Shown here in pieces: positions 10,104 through 19,420 of a DNA stretch of 64,000 nt. Under the pieces are notes generated by a model, which was not told the origin of the DNA, did not search any database, and saw only the letters and a program-made list of their open reading frames with translations. Made by a program: the position numbers and the translations under genes. Source of the stretch: a virus (taxonomy: Duplodnaviria > Heunggongvirae > Uroviricota > Caudoviricetes); IMG/VR virus record IMGVR_UViG_3300033405_000002, positions 1-64,000 of that record, one strand, 5' to 3'. Position 1 is the first letter of the stretch. Every line of letters starts with the position of its first letter.

Positions 10104-11440
10104 AGCGCCCCCAATGAAGGCATGACAACCACCTTGCCGCTGTCGTCTTCGTAAACGCTCTTCTGTATCAAGAGCAATGCGTCTTTACGAGTCAGCGTAC
10201 CGTTAAGCTGGCACGTCTCCACGGCGAACAAGATTTCCGCGAAGTGCGGCCCCGGCTTCAGACCCATGTCAATCAGGTCATGCCCGGTGACTATCGGCAC
10301 AGGACGAATGTCTTCCGGCTTGTAAGCCTTGACCTTCAGCACGAAGCCCATAACGGCTTCAAGTCCAAGCCGCGTCTTGCCCATAACTTCATCCTGAGTC
10401 ATGATCTCCAACGCGTACTCAAGTCCCGGCTGGCGGCAAGAACGCTTCAAGCTGGCTTCCGAAAGCCTATCAACACCGGACAGATGGTGCCGAAAGGTCA
10501 GAATCAGGGAGTTCATGCAGACGAACGCCTGTACTTGTTCGGTGCTTAGCTTCAGGTGCTTCGCAAGCCGCAAGTCCGCGTGCGATCCCACGTCCGAGAA
10601 GAACATCGCCATACCCAGCATGGGGTCTTTGTTTGCATCGAACATGCCGAACCGCTGAATCATGTAGATCAGATTCGCGTGTGTCGCGAACTCGTCCGGC
10701 AGACAGTACCGATACAAACCAGTGGTGATGAACGGCACCAGCCCCTTGAGCGGATATGGCGCGGAAAACATCTTGAACAGTTCCGCTGCAACGCGCTCTT
10801 GACTGATCTGCTTGAGCAAAGGTGCGTTGCGTTCGATGGCTTCCAAGGTCTTTTCTTCGATCTCGAAGCCAAGCTGAGCCGCAAAACGAACTGCACGCAA
10901 CATGCGGAGGCCGTCTTCTTCAAAGCGCTTGTTAGCGTCCCCGATAGCGCGGATCAGTTTGTTCTCGATGTCTTCGCGTCCGCCAACGAAGTCTACGATA
11001 GCGTCGCCGTCGAACAACTCCCACTCGCCAACCTTGACATCTGGCATAGCGAAGTCCATAGGCGGCGTCAGGAGCAAGCCGTTCATGGTGAAGTCCCGGC
11101 GCACGATGTCTTCTCTGGCGGTCTTGCTGTAATAAACCGCATCTGGACGCCGACCATCGGTGTAGTTGCCGTCAGCACGGTACGTGGCAACCTCAACCTG
11201 CACGGTGTCCTGCATCACCACCACGACACCAAACTTCGCGCCCACCGGGATTGTGTTAGGAAAGATTTCCTGAACCTTCTCCGGCACGGCGTTCGTGGTA
11301 ACGTCACAGTCTTTCGGCGTGCGTCCAAGCAAAAGGTCGCGCACACAGCCGCCGACAAGGAATGCTTCGTATCCCTTGCTCTGCAAGGTGCGGATCACCT
11401 GCTTTGCTGCGCGGATTGCCTTGGTTTCAGCGTTAGCCAT
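10100..11440 (-). CDS. cca: CCA-adding tRNA nucleotidyltransferase (class II; poly(A) polymerase-like not excluded)
   Basis: VGGCVRDLLLG, DCD, RRDFTMN, EDGLRMLRAVRF, SQER motifs. Confidence 0.9.
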   Translation of the reverse strand: MANAETKAIRAAKQVIRTLQSKGYEAFLVGGCVRDLLLGRTPKDCDVTTNAVPEKVQEIFPNTIPVGAKFGVVVVMQDTVQVEVATYRADGNYTDGRRPDAVYYSKTAREDIVRRDFTMNGLLLTPPMDFAMPDVKVGEWELFDGDAIVDFVGGREDIENKLIRAIGDANKRFEEDGLRMLRAVRFAAQLGFEIEEKTLEAIERNAPLLKQISQERVAAELFKMFSAPYPLKGLVPFITTGLYRYCLPDEFATHANLIYMIQRFGMFDANKDPMLGMAMFFSDVGSHADLRLAKHLKLSTEQVQAFVCMNSLILTFRHHLSGVDRLSEASLKRSCRQPGLEYALEIMTQDEVMGKTRLGLEAVMGFVLKVKAYKPEDIRPVPIVTGHDLIDMGLKPGPHFAEILFAVETCQLNGTLTRKDALLLIQKSVYEDDSGKVVVMPSLGAL

Positions 11441-11678
11441 TTTGCTTCACTTCTTTCTTGAAAATCGGGCCGCTCTCCATCGTCTCGGTGTTGTAGAGCC
11501 GCAACGCACCGCACAGCGGACATTGCTGGTGCGCGTTAAACGGAGCGTGCAGATCGTAAGTCGTCACCATATCCCGATGCCTTTGTGGAAAGCTCCAGTT
11601 GTGCCGACATCCGAAGATCGTAGCCCAAACTTTGTCCCCAAACGTCAAAAAATGAATGCCGCCTGTGGCGGTAGCCAT
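11433..11678 (-). CDS. small His/Cys zinc-binding hypothetical protein
   Basis: GCRHNWSFP...CPLCG; directly downstream of a class A promoter. Confidence 0.6.
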   Translation of the reverse strand: MATATGGIHFLTFGDKVWATIFGCRHNWSFPQRHRDMVTTYDLHAPFNAHQQCPLCGALRLYNTETMESGPIFKKEVKQNG

Positions 11679-11698
11679 GTCAAGTTTTCTCCACTTCT

Positions 11699-11758
11699 AG
11701 TATACGGTTTGGCGAGAGAAAAAGGACAGAAAATAACCCCTTAAGAATCAAGGGGTTA
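11699..11758 (-). promoter_or_regulatory. class A promoter (TGTCCT-N18-TATACT) with palindromic IHF-like site
   Basis: CCGTATACTAG; AATCAAGGGGTTA matches WATCAANNNNTTR exactly. Confidence 0.65.
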
Positions 11759-12895
11759 CTCTCCATCCTTCTTGAAGGTATCGTTACCCTTCGGCTTGAT
11801 TCGATCCCAGATGATCGGCGCGTAGTCCTTGCCGTCGAGCATTGCGAACAGGACCGAACAGTATTGTGGCGTCTGCTTGAAGAAGAGTGCCAAGTCCTTG
11901 CGCGACCCTTCCTTCGGACGTGCCTCGAAAACAGCCTTCGAGACAACCTCGATCTCGGTGTACTTCGACCGAAGCTGCTTCACCCACCCTGCGAACCACT
12001 CAAGGAAGGTTGCTGGCATCTTCGGGTCATTCAAGATCGCATCCACTGCGGCCCCGGAGTTCTGAGACAACATCTCCCAGATTGCCTTCGGGTTCAGACC
12101 AGTTAAGACACGGTGCAGCCGCACATACTCCGCGAACTTCACCTTGACTTTGACACCGTTCGAGTAAGTCAAAACATACCCTTCCTCGTTCGGGTTGTCT
12201 TCCGCTGCGCACTCAGCCAAGGTCTTGTCGAACTTCTTGACAACCTTGAAACCATTACGATGCGCAACTGCCTCAAGCGCCGCACGCTCAACTTCCAGAC
12301 CAGTTGCTATGTTGACGAGACCAAGCGCAACCAAGCCCTCGAAATCGTAATCCACCACGATCCGGTTCTGATCGTAGATAATCTCGAAGACCATGGTCTT
12401 GTCCGGGTGCTCACAACGGTGCGCCCAGTGGTAGCCGCCGTCCGCCGCATAGTGCTTTCGCACCCACTCGGTTGCCCAACGTGCCTGATCTGAATCGAAC
12501 GAACCACGAGTTGCAACCCACACCTGTCCATCCCACTCGTACAGGATTCCCATCGAGCCGTCAAGCTTCGTGGTCACCAATGGGGTTTCGTTCGGAAGAT
12601 TCACTTCCAACGTCTCCGGCACGTACTCAGTGTTCAGGTTGTGGAACTTGTTGAACGGACGTGCCAACACAACGCAGTCCGCCGACAAGTCGTGGTTCGG
12701 TCCCTGAAGGACAACAATCAAACCACGGCACACGTTGGTTGCCGCGTTCCACACACGGTCAAACTGAGCCGCCTCAGTGTAGTTGAAGATCACCAGTTCC
12801 GGGTACAGCGGGTGTACCTGCGAACGGATGTATCCCTCGTCAAGCATCTGCTTGAACAAGTCGAAAGGTAAAATGTCTCGGAGTAAAGTAATCAT
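11756..12895 (-). CDS. T4 Rnl1-like RNA ligase
   Basis: CRGLI, PFNKFHN, motif I KLDGS, ATRGSF, FEII, EGYV, KVK. Confidence 0.9.
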   Translation of the reverse strand: MITLLRDILPFDLFKQMLDEGYIRSQVHPLYPELVIFNYTEAAQFDRVWNAATNVCRGLIVVLQGPNHDLSADCVVLARPFNKFHNLNTEYVPETLEVNLPNETPLVTTKLDGSMGILYEWDGQVWVATRGSFDSDQARWATEWVRKHYAADGGYHWAHRCEHPDKTMVFEIIYDQNRIVVDYDFEGLVALGLVNIATGLEVERAALEAVAHRNGFKVVKKFDKTLAECAAEDNPNEEGYVLTYSNGVKVKVKFAEYVRLHRVLTGLNPKAIWEMLSQNSGAAVDAILNDPKMPATFLEWFAGWVKQLRSKYTEIEVVSKAVFEARPKEGSRKDLALFFKQTPQYCSVLFAMLDGKDYAPIIWDRIKPKGNDTFKKDGE

Positions 12896-12938
12896 CTTCA
12901 GTACCAGACCCGCCTACGGGTCTAATACCGAAGGAAGG

Positions 12939-15274
12939 TCATTTTTTCCAGTGTTCTAGGATTTTGTCGCTCTCAGCCAGTGTTTTTTCCATCCTGCGAA
13001 TGGATTCAGCACTCGTGTCACTGGCGTTTCGCCGAAGTCGAGTGCTGCTTGTACCGCCCACGAGCAGTGACAGCAAATTCATGGCGGCTTCTTTATCAAT
13101 GGTGCCGTCGGGTCGTGTTGGTATGCGGTTCATAGCGTCTCCTCGAATCTCTGTAATCTGCTCCGGTCGGATGTCTCGCGGGTTAACCTTGTCTGTCACG
13201 TCAGTGAGTCTCCCGTCCGCTCCAACCTTCAGGACTTGCACAGAAACCCCGTCGAGATCAGGCTGGGTTCCGTTAAACTCCAAGTCCATATCGTTCACCT
13301 GCTGCTGCACCTGCGCGGCGTCATCGGCCAACTTCTGCTGTACGGCTTGGACTTCGTTCTTGAGAACGTCGCTCTCGCTTTTTGGTTTTCTAGCCACAGG
13401 TCACTCTCTCCTCCATCTCATCAATGTACTTGCGGATCATGCCGGGAGTCACCATGTACATGCAGCATGGCTCAACGTCATATCCGTAACAATACTCGCC
13501 CGTGCAATTCTTGTGGAACGTCAACCACGCTTCCTGAGAAGCGTATTCCTGAAGCTGCCAAACCGGAACAATCCACTTGATGCCCAACCCACCGGGACAT
13601 CTGATCTCTACGTGCGTGCTGCGTCTGGGATAGCGCCACTGGTAAACGCGGTCGCCGATAACGAGCTTACGGAATCCGCTCTTGAGCTTAGGATCGCGCT
13701 GTCGCGCCTTCCGTGCTGCCTTGAGTTCTTTCTTGCGGATTGATCTTTTCATCGCGTTCCATCTCCGTAATCAACGCGTCCATCTTGACTACAGGCTCAG
13801 CCATGTCGCACATGCACTCCCGGCGAGTGCAGAAGCCATTAGCTTCCAACTCTTCCGTAAGGTCAGTGAACCACTTGCGCAACTCAGTGACTTTGGACAT
13901 TAGCTCCCCTGTTCCAGCTTCCGCGCCAAGAAAGACATAACCCACCAGTCCGGCATCGAATGAAACCGCTTAGCCGTCACCCAGCCGTTTTCTAAGGCTT
14001 CTTCCAGATCGCCGTTATCACGGTACATTTCGGTGACAAACGCCAGCTTCTCTTCGTCTGTAAATCCCACTTCTTTGATGACAGCGGAGTCCAGATCGTT
14101 GCAGCCGTGGTTAGAGAATTCTTCGGATGCCATCCTGAGAAGCACCGCCGCGAATTTTCGTTCCTTGTCAGTCATTGCAATTCCAGTTCTTCCACCTGCT
14201 TAGTTGCCACGGCGATCACATCAATCCAATCCGGCCCGTTGATAAACTTCGCGTTCAGACGGTAATCCAAAGCAGTCAGCTTGTAGAGTTCCGTGGTTAT
14301 TCCCCAATCCCCGGCGATCTCTTCCAGTGTGCGAATCCCCGCCTCATCGAGCCATCCATCCGGTGACTTGACGATAGCGTGACCGTCACCAAGATAGTAG
14401 ACAGGATACCCTGTCAGCAGCCTCAGCGCCATCGCATACGAGATGCAGAACTGTGAATATTCCGCCATTAGTTGAAAAACGCGAACTTGATGTACGCAAA
14501 GAGCATCCAGCCGAACATGTAGCCGATGAAGGCAACAAGGCGAAGTGCGATCCCTTGCGGCGCACCAAACAACAGCGTCATCACCGCGTAAAAAATGAAG
14601 CCGTCCTTGAGTTCTCTTTCAAAGTTGGTCATATCAATCCTCCGGGTTCGGCTTTGTCCCTTCCGGTGCTTGCACCACGGTGCGAAACCGATTCCATAAC
14701 TTAGGATACGCCTCTCTCGCCAAATTTACCATCTCGTCAAACGAGTAAGTTCCTTGCACGAGAAAATTACTGTTCGAGTTTCCCCGCGTATCGCCAGTGC
14801 GATCCCAAAAACCTATCGCCGTCCAGCCGTCTTTCTGGCTTAGCAAAGCGACACCTTGACGCTGGGGCCCTGCCGGACAAAGCGAGCCATCGGGACATCG
14901 GCCCCAAGGATTCTCCATTCGGTACGCGGTGCCGCCGTCCGGCCCGTACATGTAATGCCCTACTTCTTGCTCGCCGTCCACATTCGCCATACAGCCGTAA
15001 AAATAGACAACAGGCTCAGGATCGGTCATAGCAGGTCAATTCTCGCGTCCTGTGGAATGTCCATCCACTGATTGTCTTCGGTGAATCCCTCGAATCCAAA
15101 CACCTTGCCTTGCAATTTCTTCTGACGGTTACCAACTACGCGCACGTCAGTGATGCGCGATTTGCCGCCGTACCCATGCACGATCACCTGACCAGTGCCG
15201 CCTTTCAGGTGTTTCCTGATCTGGTCAGGTGTCGGTTGAACGTGCTCGTATCCGGTTGGAGTTTCCTTATCCAT
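12939..15274 (-). other. run of small hypothetical genes (12939-13397, 13390-13752, 13688-13900, 13900-14175, 14172-14468, 14634-15029, 15026-15274)
   Basis: Tiled minus-strand ORFs, mostly with overlapping start/stop codons. Confidence 0.6.
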
Positions 15275-16371
15275 CAGAAATCCTCCAGTGCTCCGCAGTC
15301 CGGGCAGGTCCGGTATCCCTTCGATCCAGCCGTGGGACATCCGGGAGTATGATCCGTGCCGCCGCGAACCGGGAAAACCCGGACGCCATTGTCGCGCCAC
15401 ATGCGCACGACCTTCGGACGGTCATCCAGTACGAACGCGATGTTTTCCTTGCCAACCACCGCGCACAACTCGTCAAGGATTTCCTTCTTGACGATATGGT
15501 CAGAGCGGTTGTCATCGCTGTAACGCATCAGGATGTGATCGAACGGGATGCCGTGCATCTCCAGCCAATCGCACGAGTCATCACCACAAAAATCGTGGCG
15601 ACCGCTGACAACGCAGATGTTGTAGAACGGATACAACGCACGTACCCACTCCGCGACAACAGGGTATACGTCATCAACCATGACCTTGTGCTCTTCAAAC
15701 GGCCCACGGAGCACAGCGCCAGTCTTGAGATCGGTGAAGCTCGCAGTCGTTCCGTCCATGTCCACCAAAACCCATGGACATCCCGGCAAGCGCGGCAAGA
15801 ATCCGCCGTTGCGAAGCAGTTCCGTGCGCTCCAGATATGGGCGCGTCAGAACCATCGGCTTTTCGTCTCGAACAGTCACCTTGACCTCGTTCAAATCTTT
15901 GTGCTGCTTGCGGATTACGCCTTCGCCGACACGTTCCTTGCCTTCGCGCTGCGCGTCCCGCTCAATGCAGGTCTTGATGTCGGTCGTCATCGTGATAACA
16001 CGGAACCGCACCCTTGCCTGTTTTGCGAACTCTTCCCACTTCTGCCGCGTGTTGCGGACGCAGTTGGTGTCATCAATGATGACATCCTTCCCCATCTGCA
16101 ACGCCTGACGTGCGCCTTCCATCTGCCAGTTGCGCACAAGGTTCTCATTATTCGAGTTCCACGGCACATCGCAGAAAAGCATGGCGCGGATGCTGTCACG
16201 GTTCAGGCGCACAACACTGCCGCGCCCCCAATTGACAAGAGACTTCGCGTGAACGCTCTTGCCGGAGCCGGAGATGCCGACCATCATAATCAGTTCAGGC
16301 GCGTTTGCGCGTCCGGCTGAGTAGTCAAACCGCTGCTCCGTAAATCCCTTGTTGTCAGTTGCCGTCGCCAT
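15274..16371 (-). CDS. pseT: polynucleotide 5'-kinase/3'-phosphatase (T4 PseT/Pnkp-like)
   Basis: P-loop GISGSGKS, RDSIR, DDTN; HAD motifs DMDGT, SGR, K, DDR; C-terminal CPDC. Confidence 0.9.
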   Translation of the reverse strand: MATATDNKGFTEQRFDYSAGRANAPELIMMVGISGSGKSVHAKSLVNWGRGSVVRLNRDSIRAMLFCDVPWNSNNENLVRNWQMEGARQALQMGKDVIIDDTNCVRNTRQKWEEFAKQARVRFRVITMTTDIKTCIERDAQREGKERVGEGVIRKQHKDLNEVKVTVRDEKPMVLTRPYLERTELLRNGGFLPRLPGCPWVLVDMDGTTASFTDLKTGAVLRGPFEEHKVMVDDVYPVVAEWVRALYPFYNICVVSGRHDFCGDDSCDWLEMHGIPFDHILMRYSDDNRSDHIVKKEILDELCAVVGKENIAFVLDDRPKVVRMWRDNGVRVFPVRGGTDHTPGCPTAGSKGYRTCPDCGALEDF

Positions 16372-16518
16372 TCTTTCCTCGTCTCAATAAACCTGAAATC
16401 CTGCACCAATAACCACGCAGAAAAGCTGCGCCGCCAGCGAACACCGGAGCCAGTATGGGCCAGTTGTTCGCACCAAAAATGCCATGCACCGGGCAGAAAA
16501 AGAATTCGTAGATTTCTC

Positions 16519-16704
16519 TCACAGTTCTTTCACCTGCCGCAGCTTGGCGATGTATTTATCCAGCACTATCGTCTTGCCATACTCGATGCCGTCCTCGCCC
16601 GTGCTACTCATCGAGTTCGGGAAGCCACGACTGTACTCGGCATCCTTTTCCATCTCGGCGATTACTTCCGCCAGTGTGGGCGGCTTGTGCTCATGTTCAC
16701 TCAT
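16519..16704 (-). CDS. hypothetical protein
   Basis: ATGA overlap with def. Confidence 0.55.
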   Translation of the reverse strand: MSEHEHKPPTLAEVIAEMEKDAEYSRGFPNSMSSTGEDGIEYGKTIVLDKYIAKLRQVKEL

Positions 16705-17261
16705 CTTGGTTTCTTCTTATCCCACTCGCGCAGGAGTGCTTTGCTCGTCTGCTTGCTCATACGCGGCCCATACGGGCGTTTGTTCGAGTCCAGCCAGCCG
16801 TCACGCTTGTCCTGATAGTTGAAGAACATGATGCCGTTCAAGTGGTCAAACTCGTGCTGCGCCACTCGCGCATCCATCCGGCTCAGGTTAAACTCGTGGT
16901 TCAAACCAAGCACGTCACGATACTGGATGACTACGTTCTCTGCTCGGCTCACCTGCTCAAAAATGTTTGGCAGAGACAAGCAACCTTCGCGCTCATACAG
17001 TGTGCGTCCGTTCAACTTCAATTCTGGGTTGCACATCACCACTGGTTTCAAATCTTCATGGTCAGGAAACGTCATCACAAACAAACGCTTCGCCACGCCA
17101 ACCTGCGGTGCCGCCAATCCGTAGCCGCTGCGATCTACCATCGTCGCGGTGAGTTCCCGACCGAAATCTTCCAGCTTCGGCCCAAACTCATTATCGTCCA
17201 GTTTATCACAAACCACGGACAAAACCGGATCATCCCAAATTCGGATCGGCAAAACAGCCAT
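16701..17261 (-). CDS. def: peptide deformylase
   Basis: GYGLAAPQVG, EGCLS, QHEFDHLNG. Confidence 0.95.
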   Translation of the reverse strand: MAVLPIRIWDDPVLSVVCDKLDDNEFGPKLEDFGRELTATMVDRSGYGLAAPQVGVAKRLFVMTFPDHEDLKPVVMCNPELKLNGRTLYEREGCLSLPNIFEQVSRAENVVIQYRDVLGLNHEFNLSRMDARVAQHEFDHLNGIMFFNYQDKRDGWLDSNKRPYGPRMSKQTSKALLREWDKKKPR

Positions 17262-17758
17262 TAGCGCACACCCATGAACGGCGCACCAATCAGGCGCTCT
17301 ACTTGCTCACGCTCCACCGGAACCCAATTCGGTTCCGAATAAAACTTCGGATTGCTGTCGTTGCTGTGCAGCGGCGGCGCTCCGGCGAAAGTCACGATGC
17401 TAAAGTTCTCAGGAAAATCTCCCCGGCGCTTACTCACCGGATAATGTTCGATGTACGTGTAATTCACGTCACGCGGTTCGCCGAATACATGTGGCAAACC
17501 ATACTCCGCTTCCAGCGTCTCCGCAACCATCTCAGCGCGGTTCGTTATGCTGGTGCCTTCGTTGTCAGGCAACTCTGTAACGATGAACACCATTCCGTCC
17601 GGGCCTTCGTAAACGTTCAGACCGCACACGGCGAGCTTTCCGAAATATCCCATGTAGCTGAACTTTGGAATCGAATCAAGCTCCGTCAGCGGCTCGGCTG
17701 CGGGTCTCAGCCCCAGCATCTCAAGAGTGATTGGCGACGCAATTCTCTCTCTTGTCAT
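17261..17758 (-). CDS. hypothetical protein
   Basis: Strong RBS behind a class A promoter; TELPDNEGTSITN...IEHYP. Confidence 0.7.
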   Translation of the reverse strand: MTRERIASPITLEMLGLRPAAEPLTELDSIPKFSYMGYFGKLAVCGLNVYEGPDGMVFIVTELPDNEGTSITNRAEMVAETLEAEYGLPHVFGEPRDVNYTYIEHYPVSKRRGDFPENFSIVTFAGAPPLHSNDSNPKFYSEPNWVPVEREQVERLIGAPFMGVR

Positions 17759-17773
17759 GGTTCCCTCTCTCCT

Positions 17774-17827
17774 AGTATACGGGGAAAAGCCACAAATCGG
17801 CTAGGAGAATAAAGGCCGTAGAATCAA
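17774..17827 (-). promoter_or_regulatory. class A promoter (TAGCCG-N18-TATACT)
   Basis: CCGTATACTAG; AATCAA half-site upstream. Confidence 0.7.
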
Positions 17828-18345
17828 CGCAATCCGCGCTTCATGTATGGCGGCGCTTGCGGGTCTTCTCCAGCGATGGCGTTAGTGCGCGGCGGTGGTG
17901 TTTTGGACGGCGGCGCTGGCGGCGCGGGGGGAAGAACCAAATCAATTGGACGCCCCTTTGTGCGAGCGTAGCGCACAGTCGTCCACGTGCCGGAGCGAAG
18001 CAATTCTTCCCGGCTAGGCGGTGTGGCGATCATGCGTTCAGTTTCGCGCACGATGTCACGGTCACGCTCGATGGTCGCCTTGGGGTCGCGTGTTTCATCG
18101 CTGCCTGTCCAATCGGAGCGATACATCATGTTCTTTGGATCACGGATCAAACCGGGATGAGCTACCACGCGAAAGCCAATCTCTTTGGCGATCTTCGCGG
18201 CCTGCTCGTCAGCGCCAACGCAGAGACCGTGATGAAACTCGTCGAAGCCTTCAGCAAAGAGCTTCCGAAGCAGCGCTTCGACGTCGATCTTTTGCTGGGG
18301 CTTCATTCCCCGGCTGGTGCCTGTGAATCCAACTTTCTTTCCCAT
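17824..18345 (-). CDS. SLOG-superfamily (YspA/DprA-like) nucleotide-binding protein
   Basis: VGFTGTSRG, HHGLCVGAD, RDRDIV, SGTWTTVRYA; GGAG RBS before ATG 18345. Confidence 0.75.
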   Translation of the reverse strand: MGKKVGFTGTSRGMKPQQKIDVEALLRKLFAEGFDEFHHGLCVGADEQAAKIAKEIGFRVVAHPGLIRDPKNMMYRSDWTGSDETRDPKATIERDRDIVRETERMIATPPSREELLRSGTWTTVRYARTKGRPIDLVLPPAPPAPPSKTPPPRTNAIAGEDPQAPPYMKRGLR

Positions 18346-18361
18346 CTTTGCTCCTAAAAGC

Positions 18362-18431
18362 GCCGGGGGAACTACCATGAATAGCTCCCCCTTCGTCTGG
18401 CAGGTACGGTACGGTATCATCCCTCACGGGC
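18362..18431 (-). ncRNA. possible degenerate Y-RNA-like copy (Y6)
   Basis: GGGATGATACCGT...ATGGTAGTTCCCCCGG; retains the GTTCCCC 3' motif and an inner stem. Confidence 0.3.
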
Positions 18432-18459
18432 TTCCCATATTCCTTTTACTTTCCTTACC

Positions 18460-18648
18460 CTACGATCTCTCAATGTCGATGTCAACGACCGGGCACAGTT
18501 CTGCGCCGTCGCTAAACGTGTCAGTCTCCTGCCACTCCCAATGAATTTTCACGTTGAATTTTTTCGCGTCTTGGAAGGTTTGCTTCAGGCTCTCGATTAC
18601 CCGCGCCACGGCGTTGAGACGGTCGATGCTTTCTGCTGTTTCGCTCAT
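18460..18648 (-). CDS. hypothetical protein
   Basis: Small ORF between Y-like elements. Confidence 0.55.
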   Translation of the reverse strand: MSETAESIDRLNAVARVIESLKQTFQDAKKFNVKIHWEWQETDTFSDGAELCPVVDIDIERS

Positions 18649-18670
18649 ACGAAGATAATACCATGAATTC

Positions 18671-18739
18671 GGCGGGGGAACATGTGAGACGGTAGAGAGT
18701 CTACTTTGACGGTAGGTGCCGTCTCGGTCACCGCCCGCC
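18671..18739 (-). ncRNA. Y-RNA-like ncRNA (Y4)
   Basis: GGCGGG-C-GG-TG...GAGACGG/CCGTCTC...TGTT-CC-CCCGCC; same architecture as Y1-Y3. Confidence 0.7.
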
Positions 18740-19035
18740 TATTTTCTTTCATCCGGCTGACCGCAATGCACACAGTGGTCAGGATTGTACGATCCGTCTT
18801 CCTGCTGGTAATTGCACTCGCCGGATTCTGATTCTGGACAAAACCATCCACTAAGATGCTGATCGCACTTGGTACAAACCGGATGGGAACATAGTAAATC
18901 TTTGGGGTTGGATGCGACGCACTTGTGCTCGCACTCGCGCTCAAGCTTCCAGAGCGATTGCTGCAAGGATTTTATGACAACCCGAAGCTGTCTTGGATCG
19001 TCTAAATCAATCGTGATGAAGCTTGGGTTAGCCAT
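18739..19035 (-). CDS. Cys/His-rich hypothetical protein
   Basis: Multiple CxxC motifs; lies between Y3 and Y4. Confidence 0.65.
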   Translation of the reverse strand: MANPSFITIDLDDPRQLRVVIKSLQQSLWKLERECEHKCVASNPKDLLCSHPVCTKCDQHLSGWFCPESESGECNYQQEDGSYNPDHCVHCGQPDERK

Positions 19036-19044
19036 AAAAGATAG

Positions 19045-19115
19045 ACCGGGGGAACATAGCGGTACGGAGGTTTTTTCCTTTGTCTAAGAAGTATCCGTTC
19101 CAAACACCGCCCGGT
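19045..19115 (-). ncRNA. Y-RNA-like ncRNA (Y3)
   Basis: ACCGGG-C-GG-TG...ACGGATACTTC...TCCGT...TGTT-CC-CCCGGT. Confidence 0.75.
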
Positions 19116-19122
19116 GCTCAGC

Positions 19123-19320
19123 TTAGTAGGGACAACGGTTTGCGTGCTGGTTGCGTTCTTTTCGCGTGCGGAACGCCGCCGTCACATTGCCTTTCGAGTC
19201 CCTGCAAAATCCACAAACAAACGGCAGGACGAGACCAGTGCCGTTAACGCCTTCCTTGAGGACGGTCGTTGTTTTTCCACCAATCTTGCGATGCACTGCC
19301 TTGAACTTGCGCTCAATCAT
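19123..19320 (-). CDS. small C2HC zinc-finger-like protein
   Basis: FVCGFC...F...H...C; GGAGG RBS. Confidence 0.65.
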   Translation of the reverse strand: MIERKFKAVHRKIGGKTTTVLKEGVNGTGLVLPFVCGFCRDSKGNVTAAFRTRKERNQHANRCPY

Positions 19321-19341
19321 AGAGCCTCCGATTGGTTAGAT

Positions 19342-19414
19342 GCGGACGGGAACCAAAACGATTCACCGTCCGCTTCCGCCGCGAGTGGAGGCTTTCGCCC
19401 ACGTATCTCACGGC
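19342..19414 (-). ncRNA. structured element 3' of the Ro60 gene: GNRA-capped stem plus minimal Y-like hairpin (Y5)
   Basis: GCCGTGAG...GGC-GAAA-GCC...CTCGCGGC, then GCGGACGG-TG-AATCG-TTT-TGGTT-C-CCGTCCGC. Confidence 0.45.
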
Positions 19415-19420
19415 TCTTGA

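Noticed and set aside
11733-11759. Intrinsic terminator TAACCCCTT/AAGGGGTTA after the ligase gene
   Set aside because: Not excluded, but it overlaps the stop codon and matches the IHF-like dyad found at the same position before other class A promoters, so it was not called separately
18885-18894. Extra Y-like copy at GGGAACATAG
   Set aside because: Inside a CDS, with no partner CACCG strand or stem
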